From an uncultured delta proteobacterium (GTDB lineage Bacteria; Desulfobacterota; Syntrophia; Syntrophales; UBA2185): 64,000 nucleotides of DNA. The stretch lies in the NCBI GenBank assembly GCA_963695875.1, contig CAVOID010000004.1, forward strand, positions 64,001-128,000, read 5' to 3'. Under the pieces are notes generated by a model. The model was given only the letters and a program-made list of their open reading frames with translations. It made no database searches and was not told the origin of the DNA. Below are positions 44,493-53,253 of this stretch, one piece after another. Position 1 is the stretch's first letter. The number at the start of each line of letters is the position of its first letter. A program made the translations under genes and the position numbers.

Positions 44493-44627
44493 AATCCGCC
44501 ATCTAAAAAACCCCCTGTGCAAAGGGGGAGCAGGATGATTTTTACATATTTACTATCATGCTGCCATTTATCATTTTCGGCAGAAGGTTGTCAACATGTG
44601 GGACCTCAACTATATGGTCGCTATAAA

Positions 44628-45077
44628 TCACTTGTAGTATCCGCAGATAATGATCACGTCCCCGACTCTTTCAAAAAAGGTTGACTTCTTCTCTATCTTC
44701 TTAGTCAACGGATTAGTCCATTTATAGTCCCTGCTTCCCCTGTTCTTTGGCTTTGTATCTTCAATAATGGCTTTGATGAATTCTTTGCCGTCGGCATCTT
44801 TGAGATTGATCATGTGCTGTCCGATCAGCTTGGCGTCGCCGCCGTGGGCGAGGATGTCGCCGTTGATGTCGATCACGTAGATATAAAGATCACTATGAAC
44901 AAACTTACCCTTGGTGTTGTTAAATGCGGCAAAGGCCTTGTCCTTGCCATTTGCCGTGTAATAGGCAACCGCCCTGTCCAGCAAGGCTTTGGCTTCATTT
45001 GCCTTTCCTTTTTCCTCTGCGTAGGTGAAGCTGACACATAGGAACCCGATAAAAATTGCCATCAAGACCTTTTTCAT
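44628..45077 (-). CDS. Exported single Cache-domain protein
   Basis: Signal peptide; DLYIYV.D, LAHG, LKDADGK.FI and YKWTNP..K...K motifs. Confidence 0.85.
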   Translation of the reverse strand: MKKVLMAIFIGFLCVSFTYAEEKGKANEAKALLDRAVAYYTANGKDKAFAAFNNTKGKFVHSDLYIYVIDINGDILAHGGDAKLIGQHMINLKDADGKEFIKAIIEDTKPKNRGSRDYKWTNPLTKKIEKKSTFFERVGDVIIICGYYK

Positions 45078-45141
45078 TATTTACCTCCTTGGAGTTTGCT
45101 AACGGTTCAAAAAAAATTCTCGTACACTCATGATCTCATGG

Positions 45142-46644
45142 TTAATCGAAAGTGTTGGGGGTCGTGGGCGGTACACGACGATGTTGAGTACTCTGTTCAT
45201 AGCCATAGGCAAGTTCAATGATGGTTCCCTCACTCCATGGTCTCCCAAGGAATTCGATGCCGACAGGGATTCCGATCTTTGCCGTCGCCGTTGGTTTTGA
45301 GAATCCGGCCGGCACTATGATGGATGGAAAGCCTGTCACTGAACCCAGGCTACCGTTTCGCTCCACCTGATTCTCACCCACAGGAACGACCAGTCTTTTT
45401 TGGTGCGGGAATACGAGGGCGTCAAGTTTGTCCATGGCCATGAGCTGCATCACCCGCTGCTGTAGATCGAGACGTTTCATCAGTCGCCAGCAGTATTCTG
45501 GGTCGCTGTTACTCAAAGTCTCTGCCTCTTTGATGTTTTTTTCGATGCTGGGTGAAAACCTCCCTGACTTGACGATCTCTGCAAGCGATTTTATTGGTGC
45601 ATGGTTTTTCGGATCTGCGAGGTAGCTGTTCAGATCATGTTTCAGATCATAGAGATGAACGCTGATTTCAGAGGTTATTTTTTCGGAATCAAGGTCAGGT
45701 GTCTGGAGTTCGATAAGTATAGCACCCATGGACTTCATATCATTGATTGCCTTGTCAGTGACCTCATTCACTTCCTGGTGAATCTGCTCTTTTCCGAAGA
45801 AACTTCTCAAGACGCCAATCCTCTTCCCTCTTAGACCCCTTTTCTTCAGGTGCTTCGTATAGTCTTTTTCCACTCTGCCAATGTTCCATGCTGTTGAAGG
45901 ATCGTCCGGATCATAGACGGCAATGACATTCAGCATCTTGACTGTATCCGTCAACGTGCGTGCCATCGGACCCGCCGTATCCTGAGTAAGTGAGTAAGGG
46001 ATGATGCCGGCACGGCTGACGAGACCCAGAGTCGGCCTGACAGCAACAATATTGTTTGCAGAAGCAGGCGAACGTATGGAGTTTACCGTATCCGTTCCCA
46101 CGCCAAGGATTCCGAAGTCAGCCGCCAAACCGACGCCCGTCCCGCCGCTGGAACCCCCGGGGGTACGTGTCGGATCATAGGGGTTCAATGTCTGCCCCAG
46201 GATAGAACTGATTGTTTCACCCCAGATGGCAAATTCATGCAGGTTTGCCTTGGCGATGAGAATGGCCCCCGCATTCCTAAGCGCCTTAGTGATGAAGGCA
46301 TCATATGGCGGTACATATTCTTTGAGAAGCAGAGAACCTGCAGTTGTGGGCATATCCACGGTATTTACATTGTCCTTCAGAATTATGGGGATGCCATGCA
46401 GCGGTCCCACGAGACCGGATTTCTTTAATTTAGTATCAAGTGCAGCCGCTGCCTCCATGGATTTAGGATTTATGCGAATGATGGCATTGAGCTTGGGTCC
46501 TTTCTGATTGTACGTATCAATACGCTTTTGATAATATTTTACAAGCTGTTTGGCTGTTAGATGACCGGAAAGGAAGGCTTTATGAACATCAGCTATCGTG
46601 ATTTCTTCCAGATGAAATTGATCTTTCCGCATTACTACTACCAC
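45142..46644 (-). CDS. Amidase signature family protein
   Basis: GPLHGIP..LKD, PGGSSGG and GTDT.NSIRSPAS motifs. Confidence 0.92.
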   Translation of the reverse strand: MVVVMRKDQFHLEEITIADVHKAFLSGHLTAKQLVKYYQKRIDTYNQKGPKLNAIIRINPKSMEAAAALDTKLKKSGLVGPLHGIPIILKDNVNTVDMPTTAGSLLLKEYVPPYDAFITKALRNAGAILIAKANLHEFAIWGETISSILGQTLNPYDPTRTPGGSSGGTGVGLAADFGILGVGTDTVNSIRSPASANNIVAVRPTLGLVSRAGIIPYSLTQDTAGPMARTLTDTVKMLNVIAVYDPDDPSTAWNIGRVEKDYTKHLKKRGLRGKRIGVLRSFFGKEQIHQEVNEVTDKAINDMKSMGAILIELQTPDLDSEKITSEISVHLYDLKHDLNSYLADPKNHAPIKSLAEIVKSGRFSPSIEKNIKEAETLSNSDPEYCWRLMKRLDLQQRVMQLMAMDKLDALVFPHQKRLVVPVGENQVERNGSLGSVTGFPSIIVPAGFSKPTATAKIGIPVGIEFLGRPWSEGTIIELAYGYEQSTQHRRVPPTTPNTFD

Positions 46645-46952
46645 AATTATGGGTTTGATTTATCGAGCTGCCTGTTTTTGCAGGGAACTGTCTCTATTTA
46701 TTGACATATACAATGTAGCATAAATGGCTGGCACAGGGAAATCACAATTTCAAGGAACAATTCCTTTGACGTGCCCTCATTTTTCTGTAGGATCAGTGCA
46801 TGAAGTGGAAAAGAAAATATATTAACAACGTTGGCAATTACCTGACATTAGTCTTACAAAAAACTCTTATTGCTTTCATGGATTAAGAAATATTAATTAA
46901 CTTAACCTCTTTACAATTATATGAGTTAAGAGACCTCAAAAAGAGTTAAGCC

Positions 46953-47606
46953 ATGCCGGAACCGGTGTTACAAGCACAAGAAATTCACAAGTCGTTTGGT
47001 CGGCGCAGAGTATTGCAAGGCGTGAGTTTCTCGGTCGCCCCAGGGACCCTCGTGGGCATCGTTGGGGAGAATGGCGCGGGTAAAACGACTTTGCTCCGCA
47101 TTGTTGCCGGTGAATTGCAGCCCAGCCATGGCGATGTGTTTCGTCAGGGTGAGATGGGCTATTGCCCACAGACGGTTATCCTGAACGAGTCTCTCACGGT
47201 GGACCAGCATCTGGACTTTTTCCGTGCAGCATACAATATCAGTGATCTGCGCCGTGCCGATGAACTCATCGAGAAGCTGGATTACCGGCATTATCGCAGG
47301 GAACTCGTCGGTAACCTCAGTGGCGGCACGAAACAGAAACTCAATCTGACGCTTGCACTCATGCACCAACCGGAATTACTGCTCCTGGACGAGCCTTACC
47401 AGGGCTTTGATTGGGAAGCCTATCTGTGCTTCTGGGACGTTGTTACTGAATTACGTGAGCGCGGCAGCTCTGTGCTGGTGATCTCGCACTTATTCTTTGA
47501 GCAGAAGCATTTTGACGTGCTGTATCGTTTGCAGGAAGGCCGGGTGCAGGTGCAGGACACAGTAGATATTCAACGGGAAAGCCCCTGTAGCAGAAAGGAA
47601 AAATGA
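46953..47606 (+). CDS. ABC transporter ATP-binding protein
   Basis: GENGAGKT, LSGG and LDEPYQGFD motifs. Confidence 0.9.
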   Translation: MPEPVLQAQEIHKSFGRRRVLQGVSFSVAPGTLVGIVGENGAGKTTLLRIVAGELQPSHGDVFRQGEMGYCPQTVILNESLTVDQHLDFFRAAYNISDLRRADELIEKLDYRHYRRELVGNLSGGTKQKLNLTLALMHQPELLLLDEPYQGFDWEAYLCFWDVVTELRERGSSVLVISHLFFEQKHFDVLYRLQEGRVQVQDTVDIQRESPCSRKEK

Positions 47607-47607
47607 A

Positions 47608-48435
47608 GTGCTCGCTTCTCTGTGGCACCGTTATCTGACAGCAGCACGGTATGCGCTTTCTGAACAGGTGCGCAATCGTATGGCGCTCTTGCTTCTTGTT
47701 GTTTTCGTTCCTACCTGGGACTACCTTTTCTGGCTCGTGATAACTGATGATCCGCTCGGCTTCTTGGTTCGTGCGACCAATTTGTTTATCCAGGTCAGTG
47801 GGCGTGATCTCTCGCTCCTGACAGCGGGGCTTTATGCCATCACGCTCATAGTGGGGTTTATGCTTTTTACCTCGACTCGCAGAAATACCCTTTTTGACCG
47901 CCGCTTAGTGCTTTGTGGTTACCCGCGGTCCCAGCTGATCCTTGCCAAGTTAACAGCGTTAGTCGCGGTTGCCATCATGGTTTCGCTCTATACCAGCATC
48001 GTGCTGTTTGCCTTCTGGCGGCCCGGCTCACTACCGCTGGTCTGGCTTGGATTTTTCTGTGCAGCTCTTATCTATGGTGCGCTGGGTCTTCTGCTCGGAG
48101 TGCTGGTGCGGGGAGAACTGGAGGGATTTTTCCTCATTATTATGGTCAGCCTTATTGATACTTCACTTCAGAATCCTCTCGGCAATCCTGTTGCCAATCA
48201 GGACTTTCTCAGGTGGTTTCCATCGTATGCTCCCATGCAGTTCGTTGTGGCAGGTGCGTTCAATCAGGGAATACCATGGATTTATCTGTTCTACTCACTT
48301 GCATGGCCGATTGGGTTTGTATTGCTCGGCTTCGCTATCTTTTTATGGAAGACTCATAAGCGGCGTATACATATTATGCCGCCCTCAACATTGGCAACCT
48401 TATCACCTGAAGATCATCCCGCAAAAAAGCAATAA
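47608..48435 (+). CDS. ABC exporter permease
   Basis: About 6 hydrophobic segments; starts immediately after the ATPase stop codon. Confidence 0.8.
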   Translation: MLASLWHRYLTAARYALSEQVRNRMALLLLVVFVPTWDYLFWLVITDDPLGFLVRATNLFIQVSGRDLSLLTAGLYAITLIVGFMLFTSTRRNTLFDRRLVLCGYPRSQLILAKLTALVAVAIMVSLYTSIVLFAFWRPGSLPLVWLGFFCAALIYGALGLLLGVLVRGELEGFFLIIMVSLIDTSLQNPLGNPVANQDFLRWFPSYAPMQFVVAGAFNQGIPWIYLFYSLAWPIGFVLLGFAIFLWKTHKRRIHIMPPSTLATLSPEDHPAKKQ

Positions 48436-48535
48436 GCAGGCATTAGCATCAGAAGATGCCGGCGGGCCAATGACTCACCGGTCAAACAGAGAATGAACAC
48501 CGTGAGAAATAAATATGTCTGCAGGGTCGCACCTT

Positions 48536-49495
48536 TCATTGCCAAAATGAGATCAAGGGAAGGATACCGAACCAGATAATATAACACAGAGCGAGGACTA
48601 TAATGCGGTCGATCCTGGTATCAAAGGTGTTTGAACGCAGGAGCTTGAAAAGAAAGAAAATTAGCACCAGTCCGTTGGGAAGGGCCAGCAGGAACCAATA
48701 AACAAGGGACAAGTGGATAACCTGGAAATAACCCAGAAAGACGGCCGAGAGAAAGGCCATACATACAGACCACATGGCCAGCATGGCGGCTAACCGTGAG
48801 CCATACATGACGGCTACGGATTTCTTCATAACGGCGCTGTCCGCCTGACGGTCCGGAATACCAGCCAGGGTGTTCCCCCCCAGGACAGCGAAGAAAAGGG
48901 GGACGCTGAGAAGCCAGGGCAGCGGGTCTTTCCACGGGCCGCCCTGAAAAACAAACCCGCAGAGTATTACATAAATGCTGTGGGTTGTACCCACCACAAG
49001 TTCACCGATTCCGCGGTAGGAAAACTTCAAAGGGGGGACAGTGTAACCCAGGCCGAAAAAAAGACCGACAAGAATTAAGAATGCGACTGCACTCTGAGAA
49101 CCGTCGGCGCTGATTTTCACCAGGAAATAACTTATTATCGGAATGATTACCAGGATCACCAGTATAGCATTACGAACCTGAGAGAAACTAAGCTTCCCTT
49201 CCACGAGAACCCTCGTGCCGCCTGTGAACATGCTGAAATTCTCATTTTGTCGATCCGAAGGATAATCAAAATATTCGTTGGCAAGGATGGTGCATAATTC
49301 AATCAGGAATAAAATGAGGTAACCGAGCAGATATGACGCGACACTCCATCTTCCTGAGGTTGCAGACCAGGCGGCGGCGCCCACTGTGTATGCAATCCAG
49401 GTCATGGGATAAAACTGAAGCCTGGCAATCTTTAGCCAGGCCAGAAATTTGCGTCCTTCTTTATTGGAAGTCATCCGAAACATCCTTGCCAGCAA
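48536..49495 (-). CDS. UbiA/MenA-family prenyltransferase
   Basis: NEYFD...D, GG.RVL, Y..PPLK..YRG.GE and PD...D...K motifs. Confidence 0.85.
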   Translation of the reverse strand: MLARMFRMTSNKEGRKFLAWLKIARLQFYPMTWIAYTVGAAAWSATSGRWSVASYLLGYLILFLIELCTILANEYFDYPSDRQNENFSMFTGGTRVLVEGKLSFSQVRNAILVILVIIPIISYFLVKISADGSQSAVAFLILVGLFFGLGYTVPPLKFSYRGIGELVVGTTHSIYVILCGFVFQGGPWKDPLPWLLSVPLFFAVLGGNTLAGIPDRQADSAVMKKSVAVMYGSRLAAMLAMWSVCMAFLSAVFLGYFQVIHLSLVYWFLLALPNGLVLIFFLFKLLRSNTFDTRIDRIIVLALCYIIWFGILPLISFWQ

Positions 49496-49662
49496 AGGCG
49501 CTCCATCTGGATAATATAGGTAAGGCTCTTCTCGGTACTTATTATAATGGGTGAAGATAAAATGTCAAAGTGTATTCGGTCGCGGCATATTCTTATAGAA
49601 GGCCGGTGCCGTGCTTCTTGATATTTTGTGGACAAATAAATGCTGTGATGCAGATGTTATAG

Positions 49663-50013
49663 TTATGCGCCGATAAATGTTTTGATTGCAAGCATTGAAA
49701 ATCCAACCGCTCCTATAGTCGCATGTCCCAAAACCAAAGCGATGGGCAGCTTTTTCCCTCTGAGATGAAAAAGCATGACGAGCGATAATCCCGCGAGGGC
49801 GGCGGAAGCAAGAAGAATCAAATCCAGGATAAACAATCCGCTGAAATTCATGTAGTATGCTTTCACAAAAACTAATATGAACCCTGCCTCAGCAGACATG
49901 CCGTGAAATATGGCAACCTCAACAGACATAGGTTTGTTCATGAAAAATTTGATAATCAGAACTAACCCCAGTATAGCTGCCAATACTAAGAATCCCATCG
50001 AGATCAATAGCAT
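49663..50013 (-). CDS. Small 4-TM membrane protein with two His-containing repeats
   Basis: KP...VAIFHG..A.AG and KLP..LVLGHA..G.VG internal duplication. Confidence 0.7.
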   Translation of the reverse strand: MLLISMGFLVLAAILGLVLIIKFFMNKPMSVEVAIFHGMSAEAGFILVFVKAYYMNFSGLFILDLILLASAALAGLSLVMLFHLRGKKLPIALVLGHATIGAVGFSMLAIKTFIGA

Positions 50014-50064
50014 TTCATCACCGACCTTTTTATTTTACAACATATATTACAAATTAGTCAGTTC

Positions 50065-50118
50065 ATCGGCAGAAGGCAATGAGGATAAAATAAAAGAATA
50101 ATGGTAGGTATAAGCTAC
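50065..50118. repeat. 54-bp dispersed intergenic repeat, copy 2
   Basis: Matches 37793-37846. Confidence 0.85.
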
Positions 50119-50232
50119 CTATAGACTAACGAACTGCTCCTCATAGATCGGGAGTTTCAGAAGAATTGATATTCTCGCAATAATCTTGACACAGCGCATG
50201 TTACTTTTTTCACTTGACGATGGTGTAGATCT

Positions 50233-50259
50233 GTGTTACGCATAATAAAAAAATAACAC
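50233..50259. promoter_or_regulatory. Putative NikR operator
   Basis: GTGTTAC-N13-ATAACAC, one mismatch from the deltaproteobacterial NikR consensus GTGTTAC-N13/14-GTAACAC (recalled); upstream of ECF T/A genes. Confidence 0.65.
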
Positions 50260-50404
50260 CGTATTATTTTTTTGCAGTTTGGTAGCACGATATCAATATT
50301 CATGTAACGCTTGCCACTGAATCTTTTTCCTAATATAGTGTCGGGCATCATTCGGATAATCCTGGCTACCGTCGTCGCAATAATAACGAAGCCTATATTC
50401 AAAA

Positions 50405-51331
50405 ATGAAAAATAAGATTCCAGCATTTCTTCTGTCTAAGCCCTCCCATGTGCAGGATGTACATATACGAGGTGTGATCCGGGACTCATATATCGGGAAG
50501 GGTATGAAGTACCTGTCGGAGATCATAACGACAGGGTTCATTAACGTTGGACAGGAAACAGAAAAAGGGCTTTTCCGGAATCTCGACCCCCGGATAAAAG
50601 TCCTTTTCCTCATCTTCTTTGTCATTATTGTCAGCCTGAAAAGAGACATCTTCCCGGAAGTGATTATGGCATTGTTCATGCTGCCGTTGGTTGCCTTGTC
50701 ACACATAGATATCCGGCGTTTCTATTTGAAGATCATAGGGCTGACATTTTTTTTCGGCTTTCTTGTCTCCTTTCCTGCGGCCTTTAATATGGTGACACCG
50801 GGGGAGGTGGTTCTTCCTGTTGCTGTGTTACCCCGTTCATATGATCTCTGGATCTACCATATCCCGCGTGAGATCGGTCTGACAAGACAGGGTATTGACG
50901 GAGTCATCATGCTTTGTTTTAGGGTCATGAACTCACTTACCATCTCGCTTCTTGTCCTTTATACTACCCCTTTTCACAAAATCATCAGGTCCATGCAGGT
51001 ATTTAGGATTCCTGATGCGTTTCTCCTAATTATAACCCTCTCCTATAAATACATTTTTATTTTTGCAAAAACGGTGGAAGATATGTACCTGGCGAGGAAA
51101 AGCAGGTTGGTGGGAACGGCAAGGAATGACGAAGCCAGGATATGGGTCGCCGGAAGAATGGCCTACATGTTCCGAAAAACGATGTCCCGGTATGAGGAGG
51201 TATTCCGGGCGATGGTGTCCCGGGGTTTTACTGAAGAGGTGAAGATTTCCGATTTGAGCGCACTGAGAATTGTAGACGGGCTTTCCGGCTGTTTCTTCCT
51301 GCTTGTCGGGACTTTTATTTTATGGATATAA
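50405..51331 (+). CDS. ECF transporter T component (CbiQ/NikQ)
   Basis: LDPRIK, TT.F..I, ARKSR and AM.SRGF motifs. Confidence 0.88.
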   Translation: MKNKIPAFLLSKPSHVQDVHIRGVIRDSYIGKGMKYLSEIITTGFINVGQETEKGLFRNLDPRIKVLFLIFFVIIVSLKRDIFPEVIMALFMLPLVALSHIDIRRFYLKIIGLTFFFGFLVSFPAAFNMVTPGEVVLPVAVLPRSYDLWIYHIPREIGLTRQGIDGVIMLCFRVMNSLTISLLVLYTTPFHKIIRSMQVFRIPDAFLLIITLSYKYIFIFAKTVEDMYLARKSRLVGTARNDEARIWVAGRMAYMFRKTMSRYEEVFRAMVSRGFTEEVKISDLSALRIVDGLSGCFFLLVGTFILWI

Positions 51332-51337
51332 GAACTT

Positions 51338-52174
51338 ATGGAAGATATTCTACGAATTGACGGAGTAAGTTATAGTTACTACGATAAGATACCCGCCTTA
51401 TCCGGTGTCAGCCTGAGTCTTTCCGAGGGCGAAAGATTTGCCGTCATCGGTTCGAATGGCAGCGGCAAATCGACCCTCCTTAAGGTTATGAACGGTCTCA
51501 TTTATCCCCGCAGCGGGAGATTTTTTTTCCAGGGGAGGGAGGTTTCTGAAGGCTCGCTCCGTGATAGGGCATTTCTGAGATTGTTCAGAAGCAGCGTGGG
51601 TTATGTCTTTCAGAATTCCGATGTTCACCTCTTCTGCCCCTCTGTTCTGGATGAAATGATGTTCGGCCCTTTGCAGTTGGGGTTTTCCGGCGATGAAGCC
51701 AGTCAGCGGGCCAAAGACGTAATGGAAATGCTGGAGATAGCGCACCTGCAGGATCGTCCCTCTTATATGCTGTCAGGAGGGGAAAAAAAGAGGGTGGCCA
51801 TTGGTTCCGTTTTAACCATGAATCCCGGTGTCCTGCTCCTCGATGAGCCGATGAGCGGTCTGGACCCGAGAACGAGAAGCTTCTTGATCGAGCTGATGGT
51901 TCTTCTTAATAATGCAGGCAAAACCCTCGTGATAGCGACGCATGACCTCTCTCTTATCAGTGAACTGCAGTGCCGGGTTGCTGTTCTTTCGGAGGATCAC
52001 TGCTTGGAGAAGATCGGGACTGCCGATGAAATATTACAGGATGAAGACCTGCTGTTAAAAGTCAATCTTATCCACGAGCATATTCATTACCATGGGAATA
52101 AGGCCCATGTACATCTCCATTCCCATTATCTGTTTCATCGTCATGACCCCAAAAACGGCAATGCCGATCATTAA
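51338..52174 (+). CDS. ECF transporter ATPase (CbiO/NikO) with His-rich tail
   Basis: GSNGSGKS, VFQ, LSGGEKKR, LDEP and C-terminal HEHIHYH...HVHLHSH. Confidence 0.9.
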   Translation: MEDILRIDGVSYSYYDKIPALSGVSLSLSEGERFAVIGSNGSGKSTLLKVMNGLIYPRSGRFFFQGREVSEGSLRDRAFLRLFRSSVGYVFQNSDVHLFCPSVLDEMMFGPLQLGFSGDEASQRAKDVMEMLEIAHLQDRPSYMLSGGEKKRVAIGSVLTMNPGVLLLDEPMSGLDPRTRSFLIELMVLLNNAGKTLVIATHDLSLISELQCRVAVLSEDHCLEKIGTADEILQDEDLLLKVNLIHEHIHYHGNKAHVHLHSHYLFHRHDPKNGNADH

Positions 52175-52354
52175 TGTCTATTATACTGCAGTGCTTTGAA
52201 AATCTCTTCCAACTCCCTTTACCAAAGGGAGGGGATGTAGGGAAGAAGGATAAATGGGGATTTATGACGAAGGTTGGATTTATTGAGGTCTGAGATTACT
52301 TTTTTCTAAAGATTAAATTGCTACTTAAATTTCTCAATAATAGGGGAGGTTCTC

Positions 52355-52817
52355 TCACAGAACCTGAAAGCATGTATCGATGTATGCTAAAAAGTTGGAT
52401 TCCTCTGTAAGAAGAAGGAAAAGAGCAGCGGACAGTTTCAAGAGTTTAATATCCTTGTAATCTTTATTTTCTGCTGCACTTTTTATTTTGGTTTTGCTTA
52501 AGGAAAAGATATTGCTGTAATTATCAAGAAACGCTTCTAAGTCATGTTCCAGCTTATCAAATTTTTCCAGGAGATCTTTTGCTTCCGGCGTTAAATGCAT
52601 TCCCTTGCCCTGCCCGTCTGAGCAGGTTAATTTTACACCCAGCCTTGCTTCTGAGGCCTTCAGCCTTCCCCAGGCGGCCCGGTACGACATGTTCAATTTT
52701 TTTGCCGCCCCATAGAGGCTGTGATGTTCCTCTATGGCGTGCAAGAGATGCTTCGCGACCTTTACCGAAAATAGTTTTTTCGTTTCTTTCCAGCCATATT
52801 TTATGCCTGATTTTCAT
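52355..52817 (-). CDS. ModE N-terminal-type winged-helix regulator (frameshift near 52750)
   Basis: KIWLE....IFGKGR...L.AIE...SL..AAK.L.MSYRAAWG; no Mop domains. Confidence 0.85.
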
Positions 52818-52901
52818 TTTATAACCTTTTCAGATTTAAATATTCGGTTGTTTCTAACATAAATGTTTCACAATTACCAGTAATAAAATGAGCACAAAGA
52901 C

Positions 52902-52921
52902 ATATGTCATAAATGACATAT
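52902..52921. promoter_or_regulatory. Perfect palindromic operator between the ModE-like gene and the fdn promoter
   Basis: ATATGTCAT-AA-ATGACATAT; TTGACA at 52960 downstream. Confidence 0.65.
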
Positions 52922-53097
52922 ATACATTGGAATACTTCGCTTTTTTCGTCCAAAAATACTTGACACTAACAGGAATAAAGTATATACGAAATCGGTCTTC
53001 TCAGGTCCCAGCAAATGCCTGTGATCTGTTTTTCAATCCACACAAACAATCATGGATGTGAATGCAAAGAATATTATCCTGCCTTTTTTAAACTAAT

Positions 53098-53196
53098 GCT
53101 TCTCCGATCCGCTTCTTCTAAAGAGAGTTTCCATGAAGGGTGGACGATGGGTATGACTGGAAACGGTCCTGCCTCCCGTGTTTGGAAAGGAGAATA
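53098..53196 (+). ncRNA. Molybdenum cofactor (Moco/Wco) RNA motif riboswitch
   Basis: P1 TTCTCC/GGAGAA; CTCCGA...CTAA...GACTGGAAACGGTC...GCCTCCCGT...TGGAAAGGAG; in the 5' leader of a Mo/W enzyme operon. Confidence 0.85.
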
Positions 53197-53253
53197 AGGG
53201 AAATATACTGGAGTTATATTTTCTAACCAAACTCTCAGAAAGGAGCACTTTTT

